The notes: a model not told the origin generated them from the sequence alone. A stretch of 64,000 nt of DNA from Caulobacter sp. KR2-114 (GCF_049446115.1 NZ_JBMSEC010000004.1:66954-130953); one strand, 5' to 3'; positions 36,963 to 49,757 are shown, counted from the first letter of the stretch. Translations and numbers: made by a program.

Positions 36963-38132
36963 TCACGTCAGGCCTCGCGCCTGGGCGGCGGAATCCAGGA
37001 ACCCCTGCAGCGCCTGCCGCAGGATCGGCTCGTCCAGGAAGAAGGCGTCGTGGCCCTTGTCGGTGGCGATCTCGACGAAGCTGGTGCGCGCGCCCGCCGC
37101 GTTCAGCGCCCGCACGATCGTGCGGCTTTCCTCGGTGGGATAGAGCCAGTCCGAGGTGAACGAGAAGACGCAGAAGCGCACGTCCCTGGCCCGCCGGAAC
37201 GCCTCGGCCAGCACCCCGCCATGCGCCGCGGCCATGTCGAAATAGTCGAGCGCCCGGGTGATATAGAGATAGGAGTTGGCGTCGAAGCGGTCGACGAAGC
37301 TGGCCCCCTGGTGGCGCAGGTAGCTCTCCACCTGGAAATCGGCGTCGAAGCCCCAGGACAGGCCGTCGCGCTGCAGCTCGCGCCCGAACTTCCGCTGCAG
37401 GGCCGGCTCGGACAGGTAGGTGATGTGCGCGGCCATGCGCGCCACCGCCAGTCCCTTTTCCGGCCGCACGCCGAGGCGCGCGTAGTCGCCGCCGCGCCAG
37501 TCCGGATCGGCCATGATCGCCTGGCGGCCCACCTCGTGGAAGGCGATGTTCTGCGCCGAGTGGCGGGGCGCGGCAGCGATGCACACCACCGCCGACAGCT
37601 TCTCCGGGAAGTCCGCGGCCCACTGCAGCGCCTGCATGCCGCCCATCGAGCCGCCGACCACGGCGAACAGGCGCTCGACGCCCAGGGCCTCGATCAGCAT
37701 CGCCTGGGCGCGGACCATGTCGGCGATGGTGATCACCGGGAAGCTCAGGCCATAGGGCTCGCCGGTCGCCGGGTTGGTCGAGGCCGGGCCGGTGCTGCCC
37801 ATGCAGCCGCCGATGACGTTCGAGCAGATGATGAAATAGCGCGCCGGATCCAGCGGCAGGCCGGGGCCGACCATCTTGTCCCACCAGCCCGGCTTGCCCG
37901 TCATCGGGTGCGGCGAGGCCAGGTGCTGGTCGCCGGTCAGGGCGTGGCACACCAGCACCGCGTTGCTGCGCTCGGCGTTCAGCCGGCCGTAGGTCTTGTA
38001 GCCGATCTCGAGGCCTTCGATGCGGGCGCCCGATTCCAGGCGCAGCACGGCCTCGGCCGGGAACCGCATGGTCCCCCCGCCCTCGTCGACCGGCGCATCG
38101 ACGCGCGCCTGCAGCAGGTCTCCGTCGCTCAT
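36963..38132 (-). CDS. metX: Homoserine O-acetyltransferase
   Basis: Alpha/beta-hydrolase with [13 protein letters not shown] and the MetX-conserved blocks ([14 protein letters not shown]). Start is ambiguous (ATG at 38132, or 38069 giving MRFPAEAV…). Confidence 0.9.
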   Translation of the reverse strand: MSDGDLLQARVDAPVDEGGGTMRFPAEAVLRLESGARIEGLEIGYKTYGRLNAERSNAVLVCHALTGDQHLASPHPMTGKPGWWDKMVGPGLPLDPARYFIICSNVIGGCMGSTGPASTNPATGEPYGLSFPVITIADMVRAQAMLIEALGVERLFAVVGGSMGGMQALQWAADFPEKLSAVVCIAAAPRHSAQNIAFHEVGRQAIMADPDWRGGDYARLGVRPEKGLAVARMAAHITYLSEPALQRKFGRELQRDGLSWGFDADFQVESYLRHQGASFVDRFDANSYLYITRALDYFDMAAAHGGVLAEAFRRARDVRFCVFSFTSDWLYPTEESRTIVRALNAAGARTSFVEIATDKGHDAFFLDEPILRQALQGFLDSAAQARGLT

Positions 38133-38232
38133 GCGCCTTGGAGGGGTCAAAGCTTCCCCGCTGTCAACCACCAGCAGCGGTTTCGGCCGGCGAGGCGAGC
38201 GGCTAAGACGTCAGTCGGGGAGTGCCTTGCCG

Positions 38233-38742
38233 ATGCGCCGTCTGATTCTTTTCCGCCACGCCAAGGCCGAGCCGAGAGGCCGGGGGCAGGACGACATCGA
38301 TCGCCCGCTGGCGCCGCGCGGGCGCGAGGATGCGGCGCTGATCGCCGGCGTGCTCGCGCGCGAGAAGCTGACGCCGGACCTGGCCCTGGTCTCGGCGGCC
38401 AAGCGCACCCAGGAGACCTGGGACTGCGCCCGGGCGGCGTTTCCCGCGGCGCGCATGGAGGTGGTGGACGCCCTCTACAACGCCTCCGCCGAGGAGATCA
38501 TGGCCGAGGCCGAAGCCTGGGCCGACGAGGGCGAGACCCTGATCATCGTCGGCCATAATCCCGGGCTGCACGAACTGGCGGTGATGCTGCTGGAGGAGGG
38601 TGGCGCCCCCGCCTGGCAGGTCGACAAGATGGACGCCCGGTTCCCCACCTCCACCGCCGCCGCCTTCCTGATCGACCCGGCCGGCCGCGCCTCGTTCGAC
38701 GGCCTGTTCCTGGCCTCCGAGCACGGCGGCGAGGGCGAATAG
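38233..38742 (+). CDS. Histidine phosphatase family protein (SixA-like phosphohistidine phosphatase)
   Basis: RHAKAE catalytic motif (LILFRHAKAEPRG) and the downstream IIVGHNPG block. Confidence 0.8.
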   Translation: MRRLILFRHAKAEPRGRGQDDIDRPLAPRGREDAALIAGVLAREKLTPDLALVSAAKRTQETWDCARAAFPAARMEVVDALYNASAEEIMAEAEAWADEGETLIIVGHNPGLHELAVMLLEEGGAPAWQVDKMDARFPTSTAAAFLIDPAGRASFDGLFLASEHGGEGE

Positions 38743-38772
38743 GCCCAGACAGCCCGACGAACAGACGCCCGC

Positions 38773-39117
38773 ATGACCCGCATCTACAAGATCCTGCCGC
38801 GCGCCGAATGGGAGGCCGCCCTGGCCACGGGCCGGTTCGACGGCTCCGCCGTCGACCTGGCCGACGGCTTCATCCACTTTTCGGCGGCCGACCAGGCCGT
38901 CGAGACCGCCCGACGCTATTTCGCCGGGCAGGCCGATCTCTACGTGCTGGCCATCGAGGCCGAGGCGCTGGGGCCGGCCCTGAAATGGGAGCCATCGCGC
39001 GGCGGCGCCCTGTTCCCCCACCTCTACGGCCCGCTGGCCTGCGACCAGGTGCTGGAGGCCCGCCCCGCCCCGCTGCAGGCCGACGGTCTGCCGGACCTGG
39101 GTGAGCTCGTCCCGTGA
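38773..39117 (+). CDS. DUF952-domain protein
   Basis: MTRIYKILPRAEWEAA…FIHFSAADQA…LFPHLYGPL is characteristic of DUF952. Its stop overlaps the pyrD GTG start. Confidence 0.7.
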   Translation: MTRIYKILPRAEWEAALATGRFDGSAVDLADGFIHFSAADQAVETARRYFAGQADLYVLAIEAEALGPALKWEPSRGGALFPHLYGPLACDQVLEARPAPLQADGLPDLGELVP

Positions 39118-40166
39118 GTGACCTGCATGGCCTGGCGACCCGCGCCCTGCGCCTGGCCGACCCGGAGGACGCCCACGGCCTGGCGATCGCGGGACTGAAG
39201 GCGGGCCTGGGGCCGCGCCATCCGGCGCACGACCCGCTGCTGGCGACGACGCTTGCGGGGCTGGACCTGCCCAACGCCGTCGGCCTCGCCCCCGGCTTCG
39301 ACAAGAACGCCGAGGTGGCCGACGCCATGCTGGCCGCCGGCTTCGGCTACGTCGAGTGCGGCACCGTCACCCCGCTGCCCCAGGCCGGCAACCCGCGCCC
39401 GCGGCTGTTCCGCCTGAGCGAGGACCGGGCGGTGATCAACCGCATGGGCTTCAACAACCAGGGCCTGGAGGCCTTCGCCGGCCGGCTGGCGCGGCGGGAG
39501 CGGCGGCGGGGCGTGCTGGGGGCCAACATCGGCGCCAACAAGGACGCCGAGGATCGCATCGGCGACTACGTGACCGGGCTCAAGCGCCTGTGGGGCCTGG
39601 CCGACTACTTCACGCTCAACATCTCCTCGCCCAATACGCCGGGCCTTCGCGCCCTGCAGACGCGGGCCGCGCTGGACGATCTGCTGGGCCGGGTGGGGGA
39701 GGCGCGGACGGCGGTGACCGCCGACGGGGGCGCGGCGCCGGTGTTTCTCAAGGTCGCGCCGGACCTGGAGGACGGCGAGGCGGAAGCGATCACCGAGGCG
39801 GCCCTGGCGCACGGCCTGGACGCCATCATCGTCTCCAACACCACCGTCGCGCGGCCGGACAGCCTGCGCTCGCCCCGCCGCGGCGAGACCGGCGGCCTGT
39901 CGGGCGCGCCGCTGATGGCGCCGTCCACCCAGGTGCTGCGGACCTTCCACGCCGCCGCCGCCGGCCGCATCCCGCTGATCGGCGTCGGCGGCATCGCCAG
40001 CGGGGCGGACGCCTACCAGAAGATCCGCGCGGGCGCAGCGGCGGTGCAGCTCTATTCGGCGCTCGCCTTCGAGGGGCCTGGGCTGGTGATGCGCATCCGC
40101 CGCGACCTGGCCGCGCGGCTGAAGGCCGACGGCTTCGCAAGCCTGAGCCAGGCGGTGGGCGCGTGA
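39114..40166 (+). CDS. pyrD: Dihydroorotate dehydrogenase (quinone), class 2
   Basis: …GFNNQG…NISSPNTPGLR…VSNTT… PyrD class-2 signatures. GTG start overlaps the upstream gene stop. Confidence 0.9.
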   Translation: MSDLHGLATRALRLADPEDAHGLAIAGLKAGLGPRHPAHDPLLATTLAGLDLPNAVGLAPGFDKNAEVADAMLAAGFGYVECGTVTPLPQAGNPRPRLFRLSEDRAVINRMGFNNQGLEAFAGRLARRERRRGVLGANIGANKDAEDRIGDYVTGLKRLWGLADYFTLNISSPNTPGLRALQTRAALDDLLGRVGEARTAVTADGGAAPVFLKVAPDLEDGEAEAITEAALAHGLDAIIVSNTTVARPDSLRSPRRGETGGLSGAPLMAPSTQVLRTFHAAAAGRIPLIGVGGIASGADAYQKIRAGAAAVQLYSALAFEGPGLVMRIRRDLAARLKADGFASLSQAVGA

Positions 40167-40876
40167 CCCTCCTCGCGGGACTTCTGCGGCGCTATGGCCT
40201 GATCGCCCTGGTGCTGGGCCTGCTGGCCGCGGCGATCCTGTCGGGCGCCTGGCGCCACCTGAACCTCTCCGAGCTGGCGGCGCACCGCCACGCCCTGACC
40301 GCCTTCGTGACCGCGCACCCGGTGCTGAGCGTCCTGGCCTATGTGGCGATCTATGTGCTGATCGTCGTCGCCTGCATCCCGGGTCCCGGGGCGATGACCA
40401 CCGCCGGCGGCTTCCTGTTCGGCACGCTGGTGGGGGGCCTGGCGGCCCTGACGGCCTGCACCGTGGGTTCGGCCATCGTCTTCCTGGCCTGCCGCACGGC
40501 CTTCGGCGACTGGGCGACGCAGAAGGCGGGGCCGATCGTGCAGCGGATCGAGGCCGGCTTCACGCGCAACGCCTTCTCCTACCTCCTGACGCTGCGGCTG
40601 ATCCCGATGATGCCGTTCTTCGCCACCAACGTCGCGGCGGGCCTGGCCCGGGTGCGGCTGCGCGACCTGATGGCGGCGACGCTGCTGGGCACCTCGCCGG
40701 TGTGCTTCGTGTTCGCCGGCCTCGGCTCGGGCCTGGGGGTCGTGTTCGAGCGCGGCGGGCGGATCGACGCCTCGCTGTTCGAGGAGCCGCGCATCATCGT
40801 GCCGCTGGCGGGCCTGGCGGCGCTGTCGGCCCTGCCGATCGGCTGGCGGCTGTGGATGCGGCGCCGCGCGGCCTGA
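40163..40876 (+). CDS. DedA/TVP38/SNARE-associated family membrane protein
   Basis: Multi-TM protein with the DedA-type …LRLIPMMPFF… motif. Its GTG start overlaps the pyrD stop. Confidence 0.75.
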   Translation: MTLLAGLLRRYGLIALVLGLLAAAILSGAWRHLNLSELAAHRHALTAFVTAHPVLSVLAYVAIYVLIVVACIPGPGAMTTAGGFLFGTLVGGLAALTACTVGSAIVFLACRTAFGDWATQKAGPIVQRIEAGFTRNAFSYLLTLRLIPMMPFFATNVAAGLARVRLRDLMAATLLGTSPVCFVFAGLGSGLGVVFERGGRIDASLFEEPRIIVPLAGLAALSALPIGWRLWMRRRAA

Positions 40877-40946
40877 CACGGCTTCCGGATTCGCCGCGAC
40901 GGTGCGTTTCATTGCTACGGCGCGGCTTCTCAAGTAACGGGATTCC

Positions 40947-42458
40947 ATGGCGGACGACGCGTCCCTGCCCGAGCCCCGATCGTCAGGCGAGCGCCGGTTC
41001 CCGAGGCTCGGCGGCCTCTCCTCGCGCCTGCTGCTGGTCACCGTGCTGATCGTGGTGGTGGCCAACCTGCTGATCCTGCCGCCGAACCTCGCCGCCTTCC
41101 AGGAACAGTGGCTGCTCGACCGGCTGCGCGCCGCCGAGCTGGCCTCGCGCGTGGCCGACGCCGCCCCCAACGGCCAGGTCACCGAACACCTGTCGCAGCA
41201 GCTGCTGGAACAGGCCGAGGTGGTCTCGGTGGCGATTCAGGCCGACGGCAACCGGCGCCTGGTGCTGCAGGCCCCGCGGCTGACCCGCACGCCCTATCTG
41301 ATCGACCTGCGCCAGGACAATCCGATCACCTCCCTGGCCGGGCCGATCCAGACCCTGATGGGCGGCGGCCAGCGGATGGTGCGGGTGATCGCCCGGCCGC
41401 GCTACATCCCCGGCGAGTTCGTCGAGATCGTCGCCCCCGACGCCCCGCTGCGCAAGGAGCTGCTGGCCCAGCTCGGCCGGCTGATGGCGATCGCCGCCTT
41501 CACCTCGCTGATGGCCGGGGCGGTGGTGTTCTTCTCGCTGAACTTCCTGCTGGTGGCGCCGATGCAGCGCATCACCCGCTCGATGCAGAAGTTCCGCGCC
41601 AATCCGGAGGACCCCGAGGCGGCGATCCATCCCTCGGGCCGGCGCGACGAGATCGGCGTGGCCGAGGCCGAGCTCGACCGGATGCAGTCGGACCTGCGCG
41701 CCGCCCTCGCCTCGCGCGCCCGGCTGGCGGCGCTGGGCGCGGCGGTGGCCAAGATCAACCACGACCTGCGCAACATGCTGACCAGCGCGCAGATCGCGTC
41801 CGAACGGCTGGCCCTGTCGGGCGACCCCAAGGTGGCCCAGGCCCTGCCGCGGCTGGAGCGCGCCCTCGACCGCGCCATCGTGCTGGCCTCCAACGTGCTG
41901 GCCTTCGGCAAGAGCGAGGAGCCGGCCCCCGACAAGCGGCCCACGCCGCTGCGCCCGGCGCTCGAGACGGCGGCCGAGGACGCGCGCCTGTCGCACGAGG
42001 GCGTGCGGCTGGTGGTGGACTCGCCGCCGGGCGCCCGGGTGGACGCCGACCCCGAACAGCTGCACCGCATCCTGGTCAACCTGATGCGCAACGCCCGCGA
42101 GGCGATCGACGGGGTCGAGGGACGCGGCGGCGTCGGCCAGATCCGCGCCACCCTGACCCAGGCCGACGGCTTCAGCCTGATCCGCCTGGCCGACAACGGT
42201 CCGGGCCTGCCGGACCGGGCGCAGACCAACCTGTTCCAGCCGTTCGCCGGGTCCACCCGCCGCGGCGGCGCCGGCCTGGGCCTGGCCATCGCCAAGGAGC
42301 TGAGCCAGGGACACGGCGGCGACCTGACCCTGGTGGAGACCGGCGAGAGTGGGACCACCTTTGAGATCCGCCTGCCGGGCGCACCGGAGCCCCTGCCGCG
42401 ACGGCGCAAGGCGCCGACCGGTGGAGACGGGGCGTCGGACGGCGCCGGAGAGGACTGA
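40947..42458 (+). CDS. Two-component sensor histidine kinase
   Basis: N-terminal TM, periplasmic segment, second TM. HisKA H-box (INHDLRNML) and HATPase_c N/G1/G2 boxes (LMRNAREA…DNGPGLP…GGAGLGLAI). Confidence 0.85.
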   Translation: MADDASLPEPRSSGERRFPRLGGLSSRLLLVTVLIVVVANLLILPPNLAAFQEQWLLDRLRAAELASRVADAAPNGQVTEHLSQQLLEQAEVVSVAIQADGNRRLVLQAPRLTRTPYLIDLRQDNPITSLAGPIQTLMGGGQRMVRVIARPRYIPGEFVEIVAPDAPLRKELLAQLGRLMAIAAFTSLMAGAVVFFSLNFLLVAPMQRITRSMQKFRANPEDPEAAIHPSGRRDEIGVAEAELDRMQSDLRAALASRARLAALGAAVAKINHDLRNMLTSAQIASERLALSGDPKVAQALPRLERALDRAIVLASNVLAFGKSEEPAPDKRPTPLRPALETAAEDARLSHEGVRLVVDSPPGARVDADPEQLHRILVNLMRNAREAIDGVEGRGGVGQIRATLTQADGFSLIRLADNGPGLPDRAQTNLFQPFAGSTRRGGAGLGLAIAKELSQGHGGDLTLVETGESGTTFEIRLPGAPEPLPRRRKAPTGGDGASDGAGED

Positions 42459-42464
42459 GTCCGG

Positions 42465-42610
42465 CTGGAGCCCCCATCCCCGCCTTCGGCGGGACTTCCC
42501 CCAAGGGGGGGGGGGAAGAGAACGGTGTAAGAGGCTCGAGCGCCAATTCTCTTCCCCCTCTGGGGGAAGTCCCCGCGAAGCGGGGGATGGGGGCTCCAGC
42601 GGAGCGCCTA
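42465..42610. repeat. Composite palindromic intergenic repeat, copy 4 (head-to-head arrangement)
   Basis: ggagcccccatccccgccttcggcgggacttcccccaaggggggggggaagaga…tctcttccccctctgggggaagtccccgcgaagcgggggatgggggctccagcggag. Confidence 0.8.
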
Positions 42611-43396
42611 CCGCCCCCAGACCGCCTTCTGGATGCGGCGCGACGACGGACGGCCGGCGATGCCTTCCTTGGGCGTGACGGTGATGGTCAGGACACCGCC
42701 CTGCATCGCCGCCTGGGTCCTGGGGCCGACGATGAAGGCGATCTTGCCGACGCGCGCCAGGGAGGAGCGGCTGTCCGGCTGGGACGCCAGGTTTGAGAAG
42801 GCTTCCACGGTGATCACGGCGGCGTCGGCGATCAGGGCGTCGGAATAGGCGTCAGCGTCCGGGGCCTCGAACTCGACCAGGTGCTGGGCCGAGCGGGTGG
42901 CGCGGACGCTGGCCTGGAACAGCCGCTGATACAGCACCACGGGCCCCAGGGTCGGCATGCGCAGCGGCGAGGTCGGGCCGACCAGCAGGGCGGCCGACCC
43001 GGCCGGCCGCTTGGTGGTGAACACCGTCATCCCGCCCAGCCGCGTGGCCCGCAGCATGGTCTCGCCCAGGTCGTTCTTGTAGATGATGTCGCCCCGCGGC
43101 CCGCGCGCCTGGCTCAGCACCCAGATTTCAGGGCTGTCATCAAACTTGAGCAGAGGGTGCGGCGCGCTGCGGTCCAGCACGAACACCCCGCCCTCGTCGA
43201 TGTTGTAGCGCGCCACCTGCGGCGAGGCGCCGGCGCGGCCCTCGTCCATGTGCTCCAGGCCCAGCGCGTTGCGCAGCACGTCGTGCCCGGCGCTGGCCGG
43301 CGAGCCGAATCCAAGAGCCATCGCCGCAGCGAGCGCCACGGCGATGGCAATCCTGCCATTCAGGGCCCAACGTTTCGGCGCCATTACAAGGTGCAT
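42608..43396 (-). CDS. Secreted hypothetical protein (DUF4908-like)
   Basis: Signal peptide …AIAVALAAAMALGFGSPASA, then a ~220-aa domain. Family assignment is from memory only. Alternative start ATG at 43384. Confidence 0.45.
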   Translation of the reverse strand: MHLVMAPKRWALNGRIAIAVALAAAMALGFGSPASAGHDVLRNALGLEHMDEGRAGASPQVARYNIDEGGVFVLDRSAPHPLLKFDDSPEIWVLSQARGPRGDIIYKNDLGETMLRATRLGGMTVFTTKRPAGSAALLVGPTSPLRMPTLGPVVLYQRLFQASVRATRSAQHLVEFEAPDADAYSDALIADAAVITVEAFSNLASQPDSRSSLARVGKIAFIVGPRTQAAMQGGVLTITVTPKEGIAGRPSSRRIQKAVWGR

Positions 43397-43434
43397 GCCC
43401 CGGGATCAGGGCGCTTTTTGGACGGGTCCGAAGG

Positions 43435-44160
<726 letters not shown>

Positions 44161-44242
44161 AGCCTTGCGTTCTCCCTGGCCCGCCTAGGCTGCGGGCCTC
44201 TCGTTGAAATCAACTGCCCGAGACGACCCTGTCGGGCGACGC

Positions 44243-45463
<1,221 letters not shown>

Positions 45464-45617
45464 TCACGCGGCGTTCGTCACGCATAGGATTGATGACGTT
45501 ACCCGATCGCAGGATCGACCCGGTGCGCGGCGCCCATCCAGCACTGGCGCTGCCGATTTGCATCCGCGATACTGCAGTGCGAAAAACCCCTCACGTAACG
45601 GGGGGCCGGGAAACACG

Positions 45618-46259
45618 ATGGCGAACGAGTCTGAAGCGGGCGCGCCGGGGGGCGCCGACCGCGTGGTGATCCAGAAGTACGCGAACCGGCGGCTCTACAA
45701 CAAGGCCACCAGCACCTACATCACGCTGGAAGACCTCTCGACCATGGTCAAGGACGGCGTCGACTTCGTGGTCTACGACGCCAAGACGGGCGAGGACATC
45801 ACCCGCAAGGTGCTGACCCAGATCATCTTCGAGGAAGAGAGCCGCGGGCAGAACCTGCTGCCGATCCAGTTCCTGCGCCAGCTGATCCGCTTCTACGGCG
45901 ACCAGATGCAGGCCTTCCTGCCCAGCTACCTGGAACTGTCGCTCGACAGCTTCATCCGCCAGCAGGAGCGGCTGCGCAGCCAGTTCAGCGCCATCAGCCC
46001 GCCCGGCATCACCGGCATCGCCGGCTACGAGGAACAGATCCGCCAGAACCTGCAGCTGTTCGACCGGGCGATGAAGATGTTCTCCCCCTTCGCCTTCCGC
46101 CCGGAAGACGCCGCGGGCGCCGCCCCAACCCCCGCCAAGGCCGCCGAACCGACCGCCGAGCCCCCCAAGGGCGACGCCGACTCCCTCGCCGAACTGCGCC
46201 GGCAGATGGAGGCGATGCAGCAGCAGCTGGCGGCGCTGGCCTCGAAGAAGGGTTCCTGA
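45618..46259 (+). CDS. phaR: Polyhydroxyalkanoate synthesis repressor PhaR
   Basis: IQKYANRRLYNKATSTYITLEDL… is the hallmark PhaR N-terminal DNA-binding motif. Transcribed divergently from phbA. Confidence 0.9.
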   Translation: MANESEAGAPGGADRVVIQKYANRRLYNKATSTYITLEDLSTMVKDGVDFVVYDAKTGEDITRKVLTQIIFEEESRGQNLLPIQFLRQLIRFYGDQMQAFLPSYLELSLDSFIRQQERLRSQFSAISPPGITGIAGYEEQIRQNLQLFDRAMKMFSPFAFRPEDAAGAAPTPAKAAEPTAEPPKGDADSLAELRRQMEAMQQQLAALASKKGS

Positions 46260-46335
46260 CCGTCGCGGGCGGCGCCCGCGTCAACCCGTTGTTCGGACTT
46301 CCGCCCTAGCTGATCAACCATGACGGGAGATCCGC

Positions 46336-48093
46336 ATGGCTGAAGCGATGCTGACACGGCCGCCGCGCAAACTGCCGGCCTCGCTGTTCGTGGCCATCCT
46401 GCTGGGGCTGGTGATCGCCGGGCAGTGGTTCGTCTGGACCGGTCTGCTCCTCATGATGCTGGGCGCCCCCGCCTGGTCGATCGTGCTGGTCAACCTGCTG
46501 CTGATCACCATCGGCATCGACGCCTGGCGCCGCGCGCTGCCGCGCTGGACGCTGCTGGTCCCGATCCTGGCCTACGGCGGCAACCTGGCGGCCAGCGGCG
46601 CGGGTTTTGTCCAGTACCTGGGCGTGAAGGCCGAGATCGACGGACGCAACGCCGCCACGCCGATGGCCTTCGATCCGGCGCGCGAGGCGCTGGTGACGGA
46701 CTATCAGACGCTGAAGCCTCTGGTGTCTGGCTACCAGCTCCCGGCAGCCTTCATCGACGCGAACGCGAGGCCCTATCCGCTGCCGGGCCACTACCGGCGG
46801 TTCACGCGCCGCGGCGCCGCGGAACCGCTCGTCATGCCGCCCTCGCCGGCCCCGTCCTATCGGTCCGCGCGTCTGTGGCTGAAGGCCGACTGTGACGCCG
46901 TCGAGGTCACCGACGCGATCCAGGTCCGCACCGCCCCCGTCGACGTCGACCGCGTCCCGCTGGCCAACGCGTGCCTGCTGGAGATGCCGGAAACGCCGGC
47001 GGCGCCGCTGGTCACCAGCCAGAGGACCCAGGCGAAGGGTGGCGGCGGGCTGCTGGAAACCGCCATCTGGACCCTGGGCGTCACCGGCCCCGGCGGCGCC
47101 GGCGCGACGCGGGTCTACGGCACGGCCGCCATCCTGATGCCCATCCCCCTGCCGGTGATCGGCTGTGGCCTGAATGACGCCGACAGCCGCTGGGACTGCA
47201 CGGCCCAGCTGCTGCGCTTCCCCATGCCGCTGGGCGTTTCGGGCAAGTCCGGCGACGACGCCGGCGCCGCGGCGCTGGCCTCGGCGCTGAACCTGCAACC
47301 GCGGACCATCCGCATCGTGCGTCCGTCGCGCGGCCTGTTCGACCGCGGCGCGGCCGAGGTCGACGCGGCCGAGACCGTCCGGATCTCCGGCGACCGCGCG
47401 CCGGTGCTGGCGCTGATCGACGGCCTGCAGGCCCAGCGCCGGGCCGACGCCAGCGCGCGGCTGGACGAGGTGCTCGCCGGCCGCAGTCCCCGCGTCGAGA
47501 CCGGCTTCGGCGCGGTCATGGCGCCGCACGCCGACCAGCTCGCCGCCCGGGCCGACGCCATGATGGGGCTGCTGGAAGACGCCGTCGCCCACCGCGACGA
47601 CGGCATGGTCTGGGAGATCGGCCAGGTGGTCGCCGCCCTGCCGCCGGCGGCCTTCGACCGCATCAGCGGCCGGCTGATCGCCCTGGCGCCCCGCGCCGGC
47701 TGGTTCGCCCGCGCCCCGACCCTGCTGACCCGGCTGGGCGACGCGGCGCCCGCCAGCGGGCCGGTGCTGCGCCAGGCGCTGAACGCGCCGGACCGGATGG
47801 CGACCGCCGGGGCGGTGCTCGGCTATTGCCGGGCCGGCGGCAGGCTGCCGGACGGGCCGCAGGCGATCGCCGAGACCACCCAGCGCCTGCGCCGCAGCAT
47901 CGACGTCGGCGAGGCGGCCTATGTCGCCTTCCTGCGGCTGGGCCGGCCGGATCTGGCCGTCGTCCCACCGCGCCGCCAGACCGACTGGTTCGACGCGATC
48001 AAACGCACGGTAACGCCTGCCTCGCCCCGCTCGGTCTGCCGCATCGACGGCCGCCGCCCCTGGAACCTGCCGACCGCCGCCTGGCTGGACTGA
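46336..48093 (+). CDS. Hypothetical membrane protein (3 N-terminal TM segments + ~480-aa domain of unknown function)
   Basis: A long ORF with good local codon usage. No recognisable catalytic motifs. Confidence 0.55.
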   Translation: MAEAMLTRPPRKLPASLFVAILLGLVIAGQWFVWTGLLLMMLGAPAWSIVLVNLLLITIGIDAWRRALPRWTLLVPILAYGGNLAASGAGFVQYLGVKAEIDGRNAATPMAFDPAREALVTDYQTLKPLVSGYQLPAAFIDANARPYPLPGHYRRFTRRGAAEPLVMPPSPAPSYRSARLWLKADCDAVEVTDAIQVRTAPVDVDRVPLANACLLEMPETPAAPLVTSQRTQAKGGGGLLETAIWTLGVTGPGGAGATRVYGTAAILMPIPLPVIGCGLNDADSRWDCTAQLLRFPMPLGVSGKSGDDAGAAALASALNLQPRTIRIVRPSRGLFDRGAAEVDAAETVRISGDRAPVLALIDGLQAQRRADASARLDEVLAGRSPRVETGFGAVMAPHADQLAARADAMMGLLEDAVAHRDDGMVWEIGQVVAALPPAAFDRISGRLIALAPRAGWFARAPTLLTRLGDAAPASGPVLRQALNAPDRMATAGAVLGYCRAGGRLPDGPQAIAETTQRLRRSIDVGEAAYVAFLRLGRPDLAVVPPRRQTDWFDAIKRTVTPASPRSVCRIDGRRPWNLPTAAWLD

Positions 48094-48156
48094 CGGGGGG
48101 CAGATGACCCTCTCCCCATCTGCGATGGGGCGGGGGCTATTGGGACGGGGGCTGTC

Positions 48157-48618
48157 TCAGGCCGCCGCCCTGACCTGCAACCGCGCGCCGCCCAGCACCG
48201 CGGCGACCTCGACCTTGGCGCCGTCCGCCAACGCGCCGCCGCCTTCAAGTTCCGCCGCCCATTCCTTGCCGTCGACGAACACCCGGCCCTCGCCGGCGGT
48301 GAAGGCGCCGCAGGCTTCGCCGCGGTGGCCGACCAGGCGGCCGGTCTGGTCGTTGATATCGGGCAGGGGCGAGGGGCCGCGGGGCATGAAGCGGCGGCCG
48401 AGATAGGTGGTCACCACCGTACACACGGCGAACAGGGCCGCCTGGCCGGGGGGATGCAGGGGGGCGAACAGGCAGGTCACCGCCACGATCGCCGCCGAGC
48501 CGGCCGGCCACAGCAGCCAGCCCGAGCCGGTGCTGAGCTCGATGACCAGGAACACCGCGCCGATGCCGAGCCAGACCCAGAACGGATGCGCGAAATAGAA
48601 GGTGCTGATGGCGTCCAT
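48157..48618 (-). CDS. NfeD-family membrane protein (OB-fold, SPFH partner)
   Basis: Two to three TM segments, then a C-terminal OB-fold …GRLVGHRGEACGAFTAGEGRVFVDGKEWAAE…. RBS GGAG precedes the ATG. Sits immediately downstream of the SPFH gene. Confidence 0.8.
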   Translation of the reverse strand: MDAISTFYFAHPFWVWLGIGAVFLVIELSTGSGWLLWPAGSAAIVAVTCLFAPLHPPGQAALFAVCTVVTTYLGRRFMPRGPSPLPDINDQTGRLVGHRGEACGAFTAGEGRVFVDGKEWAAELEGGGALADGAKVEVAAVLGGARLQVRAAA

Positions 48619-48622
48619 GGCG

Positions 48623-49612
48623 TCAGCTCCCCGAGGTCGGCGTGAAGGGCGAGGCCGGCGGCGGGCGGCGCGGCGGGGCCGGGGGCGCGGGCGGGCCGCC
48701 GGCCTGGGCGGCGCGCACCAGTTCGGTGATGCCCGAGATCGAGCCGGCGATGCCGGCCAGTTCCGCCGGCACGATCACCGTGCGCTGCTGCGGCGACTCC
48801 GCCAGCTTGGCGAAGGCCTCGACGTACTTCTGGGCGACGAAATAGTTCAGCGCGTTGACCGAGCCGGACTCGATGGCGTCCGAGACCACCTTGGTGGCCT
48901 GGGCCTCGGCCTGGGCGGCGCGTTCGCGCGCCTCGGAATCGCGGAAGGCCGCCTCGCGCCGGCCCTCGGCCTGCAGGATCGCCGACTGCTTGGCGCCCTC
49001 GGCGCGGGTGATGGCGGCCTGTTTCTCGCCCTCGGCCTCGGTGATCACCGCGCGACGCTCGCGCTCGGCCTTCATCTGCCGGGTCATGGCGTTGGAGATG
49101 TCGGCCGGCGGCTGCAGGTCCTTGATCTCGATGCGGGCCAGCTTGACGCCCCAGGGGCTGGTGGCCTCGTCGATCACGGTCAGCAGCCGGGTGTTGATGT
49201 GGTCGCGCTGGGAGAGCACCTCGTCCAGCTCCATGGAGCCGACCACGGTGCGCAGGTTGGTCATCACCAGCTGGGTGATGGCGGTGACCAGGTTGGCCAC
49301 GCGGTAGGCGGCCGCGGCGGCGTCCATCACCTGGATGAAGACGATGGCGTCGACCTGGACCATGACGTTGTCCTTGGTGATCACCTCCTGGCGCGGCACG
49401 TCCAGCACCTGTTCCATCATGTTGATGCGCTTGCCGACGGCCTCGACGAACGGAGTCAGGATGGCGATGCCCGGCTTCAGGGTGCGCGTGTAGCGCCCGA
49501 AGCTCTGCACCGTGTACTCCCACCCCTGCGGCACCACCTTGATCACCGACAGCGCCAGCCACAGGGCCAGCATCACCAGCAGTATCAGGACGAAAAGACC
49601 CAGCAGCGCCAC
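48623..49612 (-). CDS. SPFH/band-7 (stomatin-like) protein
   Basis: N-terminal TM, SPFH core (…[30 protein letters not shown]…) and a coiled-coil Ala/Glu-rich tail. GTG start. Confidence 0.85.
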   Translation of the reverse strand: MALLGLFVLILLVMLALWLALSVIKVVPQGWEYTVQSFGRYTRTLKPGIAILTPFVEAVGKRINMMEQVLDVPRQEVITKDNVMVQVDAIVFIQVMDAAAAAYRVANLVTAITQLVMTNLRTVVGSMELDEVLSQRDHINTRLLTVIDEATSPWGVKLARIEIKDLQPPADISNAMTRQMKAERERRAVITEAEGEKQAAITRAEGAKQSAILQAEGRREAAFRDSEARERAAQAEAQATKVVSDAIESGSVNALNYFVAQKYVEAFAKLAESPQQRTVIVPAELAGIAGSISGITELVRAAQAGGPPAPPAPPRRPPPASPFTPTSGS

Positions 49613-49757
49613 GATCCATGCCTCCCCAGCGTTGTCGTCGCCGCGAGACTAGCGCGCGGCGCAGGCCCCGGCTATGGCCGCTGCGGCTTCAGGCTTGACC
49701 GTTGCGCCGGAGGGCGGCGCATAGCACCCTGGAGCGGTGCGCATGGGGGAGTCTCGC

